Positions 24,780-38,724 of a stretch of 64,000 nt of DNA are shown here, piece by piece. The notes below the pieces were generated by a model. The model made no database searches and was not told the origin of the DNA. It was given only the letters and a program-made list of their open reading frames with translations. A program made the translations under genes and the position numbers. Numbering within the stretch: the stretch's first letter is position 1; every line of letters begins with the position of its first letter. This stretch comes from Chiloscyllium plagiosum (Eukaryota): positions 35,665,208 to 35,729,207 of the forward strand of contig NC_057743.1 in assembly GCF_004010195.1 (NCBI RefSeq), written 5' to 3'.

Positions 24780-25279
24780 NNNNNNNNNNNNNNNNNNNNN
24801 NNNNNNNNNNNNNNNNNNNNNNNNNNNNNNNNNNNNNNNNNNNNNNNNNNNNNNNNNNNNNNNNNNNNNNNNNNNNNNNNNNNNNNNNNNNNNNNNNNNN
24901 NNNNNNNNNNNNNNNNNNNNNNNNNNNNNNNNNNNNNNNNNNNNNNNNNNNNNNNNNNNNNNNNNNNNNNNNNNNNNNNNNNNNNNNNNNNNNNNNNNNN
25001 NNNNNNNNNNNNNNNNNNNNNNNNNNNNNNNNNNNNNNNNNNNNNNNNNNNNNNNNNNNNNNNNNNNNNNNNNNNNNNNNNNNNNNNNNNNNNNNNNNNN
25101 NNNNNNNNNNNNNNNNNNNNNNNNNNNNNNNNNNNNNNNNNNNNNNNNNNNNNNNNNNNNNNNNNNNNNNNNNNNNNNNNNNNNNNNNNNNNNNNNNNNN
25201 NNNNNNNNNNNNNNNNNNNNNNNNNNNNNNNNNNNNNNNNNNNNNNNNNNNNNNNNNNNNNNNNNNNNNNNNNNNNNNN
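24780..25279. other. Assembly gap (500 N)
   Basis: Run of N. Confidence 1.
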
Positions 25280-28200
25280 CTTCTATATTCCATTGAGTAT
25301 GGACAAAGAGTCTACACCTCTATCCTTCCTATCAAACTGCATATTCTCACACTTCCCCGCATTGTATTTCATCTGCAACCACTCTGCCCACTCTCCTAGC
25401 CTGTCCAAGTCCTTCTGTAGTCTTCCTGCTTCCTCAACACTCTGTCCCTTCACCTATCTTTGTATAATCTGCAAATTTAGTAACAATGCCCTCAGTCCTT
25501 CGTCCAGATTGTAAATGTATAATCTGGATAGTTGTGGTCCAAGCATGAACCTCAGTGGAAGTCCACTAGTCACCAGCTGCCATCCTGACAAAGACCCCTT
25601 TACCCCTACTCTCTGCCATCTGCCAGTCAGCCAATCCTCTATCCATGCCAGTATGTTGTCCCAAACACCATGGGTTCTTATTTTGTTTACCACCTTGTTA
25701 AAAGCATTCTGGAAATCCAATCAGATCATGTTCACTGGTTCGCCTTTGTCTAACTTAAACATAACGTCCTCAAAGAACTCTAACAGATTTGTCAGGCTGA
25801 CTTCCTCTTGATGATGCCATGCTTGCTCAGATATAATATACCATATATTTCCAAGTATTCTACAATCTCATCCTTAAAAATGGATTCTAACTCTTACCAA
25901 CAACCAAAGTCACACTAACTGGCCGATAGTTTCCGGTCTTCAGCTTCCTTCCTTTCTTAAACAGAAGTGTTATATTAGCCAATATCTCTACAGTCTCCTC
26001 AGCGATCTCTTTCAGAACTCTGGGGTTTAGTCCATCCGGCCAGGTGATTTATCTGCCTTCAGACCTTCCAGCTTTCCAGCACCTTCTCCTTAATGATGGC
26101 CACTATACTTATCGTTGCATCCTGACTATCTTGAAGTTGGGTATTTTGCTGGTGTCTTCCACTAATGCAGAGTACCTATTCAATTCCTCCACCATTTCTT
26201 TCATCCCCCCCGTTACTACTTCTCCAACCTCACTTTCCAGACCCTGTGTGCACTCTCGCCTCTTACTTTCAGATATCCCAAAATAACTCTTGGAATATTC
26301 TTTTATAGTCATAGCTTGCTTACGCTCACATTTGATTTTCTGACATCGTATTGCTTTTTTTAAAATTATCCCCTACTGGTTTTTAAAGGCTTCCCACAAA
26401 TCTTCACTACATTCTCTGCTTTTTCTTTTGCTTTTATGCTGTTCCTACTTTCCTTGTCCTCCTCTTATTGTGTTTCTTCTTCCTTGGAATGAATTTCTGC
26501 TGTGTTCCCAAATTACCCCCAGAAATGTCTGCCACTGCCAGTCCACCATTTTCCCTGCTTGGCTCCCCTTCCAATCAACTCTAGTCAGCTCCTCCCTCAT
26601 GTCTTTGTAGTTACCTTTACTCATTTGTAACACTATTACATCTGATTGTGCATCTCCCTTTCAAACTGCACGGTGAATTCTATCAATCCTATTATGATCA
26701 CTGACCACTTTGGGTTCCTTCACCATTAATTCCATAATCAAGTCTGTCTCATTACAAACCACCAAATCCAGAACTTCCTGTTCCCTACAGGTTCTACCAC
26801 AAGCTCTCCAAAAAAAAAGACTCACATGCATTCCAAAAATTCCTTTGATTGAGATCTGATTTTCCCAATTCACCTGCACATCGAAGTTCCCCATGTTTAG
26901 TGTAATACCGCAAACCTTTTATTATTAACAGGTACCGATGGGAGGAGTGCGATAGTTGATTAAGATGTCCACATAAACAACATAAAAACACCTACTAAGC
27001 AATAGAAATGTAGTACATGAGTTGTACATTATTTCCAGTATAAAGCAAATAATAATGCAACTTTACAATAAATAAACGTACCAACAGGGAGCCTTCTCAT
27101 TTGTACCCTCAACTGACTTTTCGGACATTGCAGAGATCACGAGAATACAGTAAACATCTAGTATACTCGGCAAGTCATTTTTTGCCAGTCCGTAGAGTAT
27201 GCTGTTTTTTAAAAGATGCCGATTAAAACAATTTGCTATAGTACCTTTCTTACATGCCTTTCCTGTCTCCTGATTTATTTTCTTCCCCACATCCTAACTA
27301 CTGCTAGGAGGCCTGTACGCAACTCTCATCAGGGTCTTTTCTCTTTTGCAGTTCAACTCTACCCATACAGATTCTACACCATCCGGCTTTATATCACTTC
27401 TTACTCGTGATTTAATTCCATTTCTTACTAACACAGCAACCTGCCCCCTCTGCCTATCTGCCTGTCGTTTCGATGGGATGTGTGTCCATGCATATTTTGT
27501 TCCCAGCTTTGGTCCCCTTGCAGCCACATCTCTGATACCCAAATCATTACAAAAATCAATTTCAATTTGCGCTCCAAACTCATTTATCTTGATTCGCATA
27601 CTGCATGCATTTAAGTACAACACCCTCAATCCTGCATTCACTGTCCGCACATCGGCTGTGCCTAAAGTTAGATTTCTAAGCCTTTCCATACCCTCTATCC
27701 TATTGTGTACTCTGGAAGCTTTAATCTCTGCTGAGCCCTCCTCACCCTTAACTTTTTCCATGATTTACTATTTAATCTGAAGCATCCAAGGGGCAGGAGA
27801 ATCGAAGTTTCGGGCAAAAGCCTTTCATTCCTGAAGGGCTTTTGTCCGAAACGGTCGATTCTCCTGCTTCTTGGTTGCTGCCTGACCTGTTTGTGCTTTT
27901 CCAGCAGATTATTCTTGACGCTAAATCTCCACCATCTGCAGTCTTCCCTTTCACCGATTTAATTTGAAGCCTAACCCATGGCTTTCATTATGCAATTCAC
28001 CAGAACACTCAGGTGGAGCCTGTCCCATCAGAACACATCCATCCTTTCCCAGCACTGGTGCAAATTCCACCTGTCTTTCCCACAACAATCTTTGAGCCAG
28101 GCCTTTACCTCTAATCTTTTTGACCCAATGCCAATTTGCTCATAGCTCACATAGCAATCCAGATATTATTACCGTTTTAGTTCTGCTTTTTTAATTTAGC

Positions 28201-29150
28201 CCCTAGCTGTTCATATTCCCTCAGCAGAACCTCTTTCTACTTACATCATTAGTAGCTATGTGGACCACAAGAATAGGACTCCCACTCCCAACTCCTCTCA
28301 AGCCCAGATGCAATATCCTTAACCTGGGCACCAGGCAAACAACACAGCCTTTGGGACTCTCGATTGTGGCCAGAGAGAACAATATCAGTTCCCGTGTCTA
28401 CACTATCCCCATTTGAAACTCTCTTTGAGGTCTCAAATGGTTCTCTATACCATGGTGCTATGAACAGTTTGCTCATCCTCTCTACAGTCCACATTCTCAT
28501 CCACACATGGAGAAAGAATCTCAAACCTATTAGACCACCTCAAGGGCAAAGCTCCTTCAGCAGTACTTCCTGCATCTCTCTAACGACCTTGCACATAGAC
28601 ATAGCCACCTGTCCCTGACCACAACAGTTAATCTAAGGGGTGTAACTGCCTCCTGGAATACAGTATCCAGGTAACTCACTCCCTCCCTGATGTTTCACAG
28701 TGTTCAAAGCTCATAATCCAATTCTCAACAACACTGAGCCAGACTTCAAGCAACCTAGGCTTGCTACAAATGTAGTCACGATGAATCACAATGAGGAGGC
28801 ACCAGCTCCCATATCATGCAGTTACAGCACATTGCCTGGACCAGCTTTTCCAATTTAATTACATAGTTCTTAATTTGATTTCTCTTAAAAGTGTATTCAT
28901 CTTTTAGTTTGTAGCCTGTAAATATTTCCCCTATTTATCTTCAATCTGAGAGCAACCTGTAATAGATAGTCAAATTAGTAGCTATAACCCCTGATCCTGG
29001 GCTTCAATTTATCCTGTTAAAGAAGATCCTTCAGAAGCTAAGAGCTAGCAAAAAGCACCCCTTCCCCTCTACACCGAATTCCCACGCTGGCTTCTCCTGA
29101 AGTACATGTTCATTCAGCCTGTGTCTCACTCCTGACCATGCAAAGCTTAC
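25280..29150 (-). mobile_element. Near full-length decayed CR1 LINE (ORF1 zinc-finger/esterase, ORF2 APE endonuclease + RT); 3' end lost in the gap
   Basis: RT: DFQNAFNKV...WIEDWLTGRWQRVGVKGSLSGWQLVTSGLP..LGPQL..YIYNLDEG. APE: LRVLYLNACSMRIK...VESVWVEL...YRPP, GNFD, LDLV, SDHN. ORF1 SGNH-like: GDSVDTGTD...CCLPGAQVKDI. Confidence 0.9.
27784..27956. mobile_element. Palindromic PLE-derived element (family 1) inserted in the CR1
   Basis: 14-bp TSD atttaat(c/t)tgaagc (27770-27783 / 27957-27970). Centre gtttcgggcaaaagcctttc...gaagggcttttgtccgaaac. Confidence 0.85.
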
Positions 29151-30079
29151 TCATTATATCCCCAGCCAAAAATATCTAGTCCATTTACTTTCAAACTATA
29201 GTAAATTAGAAGATTAAGTTTCATTGACTGAGCGCTACAAGGCAGTAATACATCATAGGACATCTTAAACCTGGGCAGGGAAGGATAAATGGCACATAGA
29301 TATAGGTTCACAGGCAGGAAGGCCACACAGAGCTGCAGGGAACTTAGAGGAAGCCCTCAATGTGGTTTGCACCAAAAGGATATGTGAATAGAAATACTTT
29401 GCCAATCAGACAATCACTGTTAAAGAGCGCACAGGAATTTGTGATCGACCTTGTAAAGGGCTCCGCATAAAGCTTACAGCCTGTCCTTTCCAAGATGAAA
29501 GTGGTGGACAAATTCATTGCCAGACTTGCCAACACAGCATCGAAGACCCTATACCAAAGTTCCCACAAGTAATCCAATATTAAAATGCGATAGTGGAATA
29601 TCAGACTGAATTCATGCAAGCTTCACCTTTTGCTGCATAAGTACAGGCTGCTGTGGTTCTCAGACATGCTTTCAGGATCTCACTGCAGTCTAACAGTTTG
29701 TCCTGAATGCATTGCTAAGATTGCTGATGAAGCTCTGTACACTAAAAACATATGCTCACAATTGCTTGTGTGAATAAAACAATGCCTGGAGCCTGCACCT
29801 GAAGTATGGATACACAAACAGGCATCATTTTAGTACAATATGATTTCTTGTTTTGCCTGGACAGGATTTGGAGACCAACTTGTTGAACATCTGCCATCTT
29901 CCACTCAACCTTAAACAGTGAATCCCAAAGGAGGCGTCTCTACCTCTAAATCCCACTCAGTCCAAGTCCAGAAGCTGATTATAGGGCCTTTGACTCACCT
30001 GAACCAGATCAACAACATAGTGGGTACCATTTGACCCATAAATGGAGTCCATTTACAAATGCCAGAGCCCATACACAAT

Positions 30080-30250
30080 ATGGAGCCACCAGCTCCCATA
30101 TCATTGGAGTATGCACCACAGCTCTGGGTGCCAAGGCCCTTTCAAAACTTCCTGCAATTAGCCTAGAGACATGGCATACTTGACTGCAGTGTGTCACCTC
30201 ACACCCCACAGAAGGTGAGATGATGCAGAGGCTATGCACTGACAGGACAG
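30080..30250 (-). mobile_element. CR1 5'/ORF1 start fragment
   Basis: caccagctcccatatcat is shared with 28800-28818 (MIWELV motif). Confidence 0.55.
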
Positions 30251-33200
30251 CCTAATGCACCAACTTTCCATCTTTGCAGTAAGTTATCCAGTGACAGTGG
30301 ATTATGCAACTTCATTTGATATAACATCAAACTGTAGCAAAAATATCGGCACACAAAACTGCAGGGCTATGAAAATGAATTTAGTAGTCTGTAAGTCTTT
30401 GAAATCACTCAAACCCATTGCATTACACAGCACAGAGCAACTATCTTTTCACACCTACTAGCATGATTTGCATTAATGTAACAGTTAAGCAGAAGAATAA
30501 GTCATCAAGACTGTAATTGAGACCATGAGAATTTTCAGGCACTGTAATTTAAGTAACATTACATTTCATTTAGATAAAGACAGTAGTACTGCTGCTAAAT
30601 GAAAACTAAGATATAGCAAATTACTTGCAAATTTAGCCCAATATCCTCATGGCCTAGCCTTCAAATGGATTTGTCTCAAATATAACCACAGAACTCTTGA
30701 ACGCATCAAAAGATGTGTTTTTACTCTAGTGTTACATCCCTTCTTTGAATAATGTAATAGTTACAAAAGTAGTACAAAATAGGCACATTTTACATCTCTT
30801 CAATAATGAACTATTTCACACTTTAGCAAAGAATATGTGTCGCTTAATGGATTTTTAAGACAAATCAGCTGCAGTGAGCTGACACTGAACATTCAACTAA
30901 AACATTACCATTATTAATGAATACACCATACTGAATTTGCATATTTAGCCATCTATAATTTAGTACTGAAATTATAAACCATACCAAATAGAAAAGCTAC
31001 CACCACTCAGGAATTATCCTTTGCAAAGCTCCAGACAAATACCAGCTTACTACTTTTTATTGCTAATGTGTACTATTCAGCGTAAACCACGAAATCTTGT
31101 TTGCACATACAAGATATAGGCTGGTTTTGATATTACCTACTGTATATTTAAATGGCCTGGGCTCAAGCCAATCTGTTACAAAACAGGATAGCTGCTGGAT
31201 ATCTGGAGAAAATAATGAGGTCCGCTGGAATACTGTGCATGCTAATGAGAATCAACACAATCACTACTGACAAGATAAATCATGCAGAAAATGCACATAT
31301 TTCTCAGAAAAATAATAAACTTGATTTGAAGCATGATCAAGCATAAACTGGCAGCCAACAAGGATATTCTGTTAGGATAACTTATACACAAGAAAACATG
31401 CACTTTCAGTACCAAAAGCATAGAACAAATGTAACCTTTTTTTTGGATTTATTCAACTTACTCCTTCAAGTCCTACTGTTATGAAAGGCATTCCGTCTCT
31501 ACATAGTTAGTTAGCATGTCACAAATTCTATTTCCTTCATATCACTTTCTCACAAGAGCCTTAACTTGTATTTAAAAACTTTTCTACCAGTAAACAATCT
31601 CAACCAATTAACTTCGCACAAACTGAGAATTTCAATTTGGATTATTTCATAAATAAATACAGAACTCAGAGTCAATAATGGAGTCAACTGGCTAACAAAT
31701 ATTAACAGTTTCCAAAAATTAATGAACATTTTCTTTACAGAAATAATGGATTCTTCAGGTACCAAAACATGAAATAATTTAGATAGGTTTTAAACTATTG
31801 CCAGAAGCTGGAATCTAAATTGGCAATTCCACTTTCCCAATAGGAATGCAAAAATGATCAAAAGTTCAGGACTTTCTTTAAATTGGCCATGGTCTAACAG
31901 AGTAAAATAGAACACAATCTGTGATTCAAGGATCGAGCTAACCAATATTAATGGTTTGCAGCCCTTGAACCTAATCGTCAGCAAATTTACAAACAAATAT
32001 CTTGGTAAATAGCTGATTAAGACAGTAGAAATTAAATAAAGGGGGTGAGGGTGTGCATGGAGAGAGACAGGGGAAAGTGGGATGCAGTAGAGGGAAATAG
32101 GGGCCTGGAGAAAGCAGGAGGAAACTGGCATGTGGGGAATGAGAATGGGATGTCAGGGAGGGGATAGGTTTTGGAGATGAGAAAGTGTGGAGGAGCAAGT
32201 GGAAGAGAGAACGAAACAGGAAAAGAAATCTGTTAGCTTCCATCACTGAAAGCATGCACAGATGAATACTGAGCAAAGTATTATTCCGCTCTCAGCAACA
32301 TCCATTTTACTATATGTATTAAATACAATGAATCAGTATCAGAGCAGCTATCTCTCTCAATAGGATGGAGGTGGAAAGCATAAACATAGAGCAATAATTC
32401 CTCCAATCGTATTTAAGAAGGAAACATGTAACCCTTCGTTTTAAACAAGTTGAAAAGCAAAGCATCACACATCAGGTAGTGTAAATATATTATGCAAATC
32501 TGAAGATGTAAAAATGTCAGTGCATGAATCCTGCACAAAATGTACATGATGGAAGAATACTGTTGAGTTATAGAACTATTTTGGATCATCTTCACTTAAA
32601 TGTAGAAAACAGAGAATACTACAATTAAGATCGCATGCATTCCAAGATATCACAATCTCATCTCAGGGGCTCAAAGGTTATAAACCAAGGTTTAAAAAGA
32701 CAGCCTGGATAGGGTGTGAAGTAGACAAAGATTGACTAGAATCAGCGAAGGATGGTCATTTTGAAGCAAAATGCTGCAGATGCTCAAAATAAAACAGAAT
32801 ATTTTAGAAATATTCAGCAATCCTGGCATGAAAGTTGGTACAGAGTTAATGCTTCATGTCAATCACCTTTCGTGAGATTCTTTTGAGCTGGGAGATCAAT
32901 CACCTGGTATTGGCTGACAGAGGATCCTCCTCCCATGCTTCATTATACATTTAAATGTGGAAACATCTCATCAGCACCCCTCTCATCAAACGTGAAAATG
33001 AACCTGTTAAAAAGAGTTTGATTCCAGAAGAGATTGATTCTCCTCTGTTTGAACATTAATGTGACTCAAAGAAATAGGCAAAGAAAATTATTTATCATAT
33101 GTACAGAGCTTTGAAAGAATTTAACTAACTTCTCTGATGCATGAATCTTTACGTGCAGCCTCAACTCCTGTACTTCTGCAGTGCTTTGAGGAAACAGAAA

Positions 33201-35471
33201 TCAGTTATTATGAAAGTTTAATAATCTGCAGTTGAACTTGGTACAAATGCAGCCAACAGATACTACCTCTTAGCTTTACTCTTGCATCTTCATTCACTGA
33301 CATTCTTGGCTTCCATGTTGCCTCTTTCATAGTTCTCTTCAACTGTGAATGTTCATTCCAAACAAATATCCAAATTTTTCACCAAGAATCTCCACCTTGA
33401 ACATTTGTTAACTTCCTACTGAGTTTTCAGATTTTCTTCCAATAGATAGGTAGCTTCAAAACCTGTGCATTTGCCTGGAAAGGACACAAGAAAAAAAAAG
33501 CAGCCTAACAAACAATCACTTCATTATTAGCATCCAATCTTCTTTTCAACTGCTGCTTTTACACTAGAGTTAAGTTAATTTAACTACTTGACATTATGCA
33601 AAAGACTGCAAACCTTGAAAAATTGTTTTGACATGACCACCTCTAAAAAATGGTAACTTGTCTCAGAACTGCTTTTTGTCCCAAAAAAAGTTTGATAACT
33701 TTACCAAGTCTAGCCACTAGGATGACCACCTCAAGCATCCTGACCTTGCAAAGTTCATTTTAAGGATACTCTTCACTGCACAGGGCAATCTGAGGATCCA
33801 GGAGCACAGGCACAGATCTCGTGCCCAAATGCATAAACTGTTATTTCACAGTCAGTATGACAGCATATTTTTAAGAGACATGATCAGAATATAATCATTG
33901 CAACATAGCATGTAACCTGAGGACATTAAGGATCGTTAATGCATCACCCAAAGCACGAACTATTGGAAACATGCTGCTCTGTGTATCTTCAGAGCTGAAT
34001 GTTTGCTCAGACACTAATGTTCCTGTGAACAGAGTTAACTGTAGTGAATGCCTATTGGATATTTCAATACCACAAGTATTCATTCCCAGTATGTGTTACA
34101 GAAGATAATCTTTGCCACATCAGGTACAACCTGCTGCTGGACGCAAACTCTCAATTCACAGCTCTATTTTGGCACTATTGCTACGTTCATCATTTCTCTG
34201 AAATTAGCTTTTTCTTCCAATGTTCTAAATCCTGTCCTTTCTTATCTTCATTGCGTTGCAGTCACACTTTTGTTAGTTTTCCCCTTAAATTAGTATTCTT
34301 GCAAATTGTCCTGTAGACTGCCAGATGAGCAGCTTTAACAAAATGTGTCCTTTTCCAGCAAGTCATTTATTTCTGCTGTAACTTACTGAGTCCCAGATCT
34401 TGAAGACTGCGGCACTCACATTTTTAACATTTGACATTTTAAAAGGCCATGTTTGCCAACAAATTATTCTGATTACCTTATCTTCTACCCTAACCTTTTC
34501 AGTCTTGATGTCCAGCAGTGTGGATCATTTGCCCTTAAGACAGGTTGCTCAATAAAATAAATGCTGTCCAGTTGCCTGTAATCTGCTCCCCAGAGCCGGT
34601 GAGGACAGCTGGCATGCTTAGCAAATCCAGATAATACTACAGTATATCTGCCAACTCACTATGATCAATGCCCAGGAGATCTACTAATTGCTTATAACAG
34701 AAATGGTTGGAAAAAAACAAGAGGTTCTCAAATTAATTCAAAATTACATACAAGTATTTTGCCGTTTTAAAAAAAATGTGCTTGACTGAAATACTTGCAC
34801 ATCAAAACTCTCACTGTAAGCCAAATCACAGAACTATTATTACTCACCTAGATGACTAAAAATCACACAAAAATTAACTTTGTACAAAAATTGAAACATA
34901 TGATTGAACATTTCTGACACTAAAGCATATGTCTGCACCCTATAAACAGAAATAACGAAACCAAATGATTAATTTTCATTCTATGCAAAAATTCTAGTAC
35001 AGATAAATGTACATTCAGATTTCACTCCTTGTGCTTGGGTGTAAAAGGCAGGGGACCAAGCAATATAAATTCATCCATTTCTAGCAGCAATTTAACTTGA
35101 TTGGCACATTTGGCAATGAAATTGAAAATATTACAATTCAACCAATAATACACCAATAAAAACATAATTAAATTAAATGTAGAGTACCACTCTTATAATC
35201 CCTCCTGGGCTTTTGTGTGTGGACAAATTTAAGTGTCATTTAATATTCCTGACTGTTTGATTTCAAATTCCCAGACTTGTTTTTAGGCAGGATATACACC
35301 AAGTGGAGGAAACATTCACAATCTTTCCTGCCTTCCATCCTGTTACCTTTCACCTTTGTTCCATCACCCCTTTTCCTGCCATTATACGTGCCTGACACCT
35401 GCTTATACCTTGAATCTTTTCCAGATGCAAGGTCATTAAGCAGACTCACTGAGTATTTCCAGCACTTTTCT

Positions 35472-36600
35472 TGTGATGAACACTTCTTTTCATTTCTCTT
35501 AACCTTTGATTGTGGACTGAATAGGGAATGGACTGTGCTACAGGAAAGAAATTGCAGATTTTTTTTTGAAAGAAGCAAGCCATTGAAACTTTGTGCGGTG
35601 TTTACATTGCCACTTTAACGAAGCTTGAAGGAAGAGGTACAGACTCTTGTATCGAATACAATGTGAGCTTTGGCTGGCAGTAGGTTGCTGATTGGATTGT
35701 GAAATTGTGATCAGTTATGGATGCCAAAGGCCATTAGCCTGAAAACAACTATCTGACTAGTTCTTGGGTCGCTGAACAGCTTGTTGGTATGAATGATACC
35801 TGCAGAAGCCTTCAGGACTGTTGATAGGGCAAGTGGTGTGCTTCTCTCACCAGTAAATTTCTAAACTCTGAACAAAGTCAGTTTATTTTATTCCAACATT
35901 TGGTGTGAGCTGTTGCTTTTAACCAATAAGTTGGCGAGTCCATAAATCATTAACCTGCACTCTGTCTCATGTCAAGAAGTGATAGAACCTGAAGGAAAAG
36001 ATCAGACAACAGAAAGATTTGGAAAAAAAGGAACATTCCATCGAGTCCCAATGACAAGTGCTATTAAACCGAGTCCCCAGTAATTTTTTGCCCTCAACTC
36101 AGAACAATTCCTTTTGTCTCTCTCTGTATGTGTGTAGAGAATTTTTAGGAGGTTAGAGTTTTAACTAGTAGAGGGTTATAGGTCAACAGTTTATTTCAGT
36201 TTGCTGTGGTTGTAATCTGTGGACTCCTAATAATTAGTTATGATTTGGAGATGCCAGTGTTAGATTGGGGTGTACAAAGTTAAAAATCACAACACCAGGT
36301 TATAGTCCAACAGGTTTAATTGGAAGCATACTAGCTTTCGGAGCGCTGCTCCTTCATCAGGTGGTCAACCACCTGATGAAGGAGCAGTGGTCAACCACCT
36401 GATGAAGGAACAGTGCTCCGAAAGCTAGTGTGCTTCCAATTAAGCCTGTTGGACTATAACCTAGTGTTGTGTGACTTTTAACTTAATAATTAGTTAACCT
36501 TGTCAGGTACAGAAACCTCATTTGTGTTTTCTGTTAACCTGGATTTATCAGACAAGAAAGAAATTTTAACTTTTGTGACAACTTAGTGTTTCCTGGGTGA
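35472..36600 (+). mobile_element. LTR-like interspersed repeat, copy 1
   Basis: Starts TGTGA. Shares tgtggactg.aat.gg, gttagagttttaactagtagag and tttgtgacaact with 43445-44699. Confidence 0.5.
36241..36483. mobile_element. Palindromic PLE-derived element (family 2), inverted sister of 17225-17457
   Basis: 13-bp TSD taataattagtta (36228-36240 / 36484-36496). Motif CAC-CTGATGA-A-GGAAC-AGT-GCTCC-GAA-AGCT-A-GTG at 36396-36430. Confidence 0.92.
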
Positions 36601-38724
36601 GTATCCATTTGTTTATTGAACTCTGAAATTAATTTCTACCTTTTCCTCCAAGTTTTCCATACAGAGAAAGGATCTTGCACCAGGGAAATGTAAAAAGAAT
36701 TGCTGGATCAAATTGTTGCCAACAGGTAGCAATTTCAAATAGTACACGATGAACATTTTGTCAGGGAAGGAGACTGCCAGGACTGAGTGCTAAACAGCAT
36801 ATGAGAGTGCGTGAATGAGTGGGAGGGTGTGTGCGTACACGTGCACATGTGGGAAGGCTGCAAACGGCGAGGGATGGTCAGCAAAGGGGTATGGCAACAG
36901 AGTCTGCAAAGGGATGGAGGGAGGCTGAAAAGATGAAGAAATAGAGGTTGCAAAGGAATAGAGCAATGTTAAACGTTTCAACAAAATACACAAATAACTC
37001 AGAACCAGGAAAACCCAAGACAATTCCTTGCAAATGCATCTATCTCAAAACTGCAGTAGTTCAGGAGATACTCTTTGGGGAAATAGATTGATTGCCACTT
37101 TAATGGACTCCACATCAATTGAATAATTCAATATTGTAAATTTTCATTTCATAAGAATTTGTATTTGCATGTTATAACATCTCACATAATGTAAATTTGA
37201 GATACAGCGACTGTGTTAGAGTCAAAAATGTAATTCTTTAGTTGTGACCGCACCAGTACACAGTCTGTCTAGAGTGATGACTTGTGCTGAAAAATAATTT
37301 GCTAAATTACGCTACAAAAAAAGAATTGACCCCATACCACACAACATGATTTAAAAAGGAAAATTCAGCTCGAGTAGTCGGCAACTCCAGTACAGCATCA
37401 ATGAATCACACACAAAAGTATAATCCACAAAAGCACTTGAGCAAGAGATAAGATTTTACACAAAAGAAAGAATGGAAAAGAAAAAACAAAGTGTTTACCT
37501 AGAGGAGTATTTCGTGCCATTGGAATGTTTATATTTAATTTTCCATGCAGCATCAAAAATTTCACTGCAATGTCTCATCTGTCTTCCACCACAAAACAAA
37601 AAGCGTTGACAAATTGCAACATTTGTTGAGAAGTTTAAAATTATATCCAATGAAAAACAAACCATTTTCTAATTTGCGAGTGTGATACATTACATTATAA
37701 ATCACAGATACGGGAGGGATTGCAGTCATCTAGCTCAAGAGAGAGAGAGAGAGAGTGTATAGAAGACAACTGTACACAAATTACGCAAATCTGCTCGAAT
37801 AGAAACTATTAATTTATCAGAATTATCCACACCACTTTTTTTTTGGCCCTATTAAGTATAAAGTTTAAGCAGGAAAAGTTGTTGCAATATGCAAGATCTA
37901 AATATCTAAATAATAAAAGAAATCACAATAACAAAGTAAAGCAGAATTGTAGAAACTGAAATGTTCTAGCAGAGAACACGAAATGGAAAGACACAGAACA
38001 GTTGACCTGGATAGCCCAGCATTAAGGTAGTAACACAATCAAGGGAATCAAATAACTTTGAACTGTGAACAAGCTACTTGTTGTTAGCTGACCTCAAAGC
38101 AAAAGAAATAATAATTAGAGTTGTGAATTTGTGAAATAAACTACCAGTAACCACAATTAATATTTAATCGTTTATAAATCATTCAAGAGAGAGTAAGGAA
38201 TCTCAATAAGAATTGTATGGATAATACAAACTACTTCCTGTTCATACTGATTGAAAGTCTAATTTGCTGACAGAAAATAAATTTCTTCAGACTTCAAAAT
38301 TGCAATACCACAAATTCATCTTCCCACTTCTTGTACTAGGATTAATTAGAAAAAAAGTAACAAAAGAGAACTTTCTAAAAAATTTTCAAATTCAAAACTA
38401 TCGGGCGTGCTGACTTTCCTATCAACAGAAAGTATGTGCTGAACTGAAAAAGTGAAAGATGGAAAATATATCTATGATGAGAAGATATACCCCAGGGAGC
38501 TGTTGGGAATGACATTAGTTATCAAAAGGAAAACCAGAACAACAATGAACACTGAAAATCAACAATAAGATACAACACTGGGCCTGACAGATGGATGAAT
38601 CACTCTTGCTTGAACATGAATAGATTTATTGCTTTCCAATTCAGGCTTCAAAAATAATGCTGCAGTTGTTATCAAGTTACAGATTGTTCCACTTGGCTTG
38701 AAGATTTTCAAAATTAGTAACTGG

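Noticed and set aside
24733-25296. ORFs of 184-186 aa
   Set aside because: Artefacts of the N gap.
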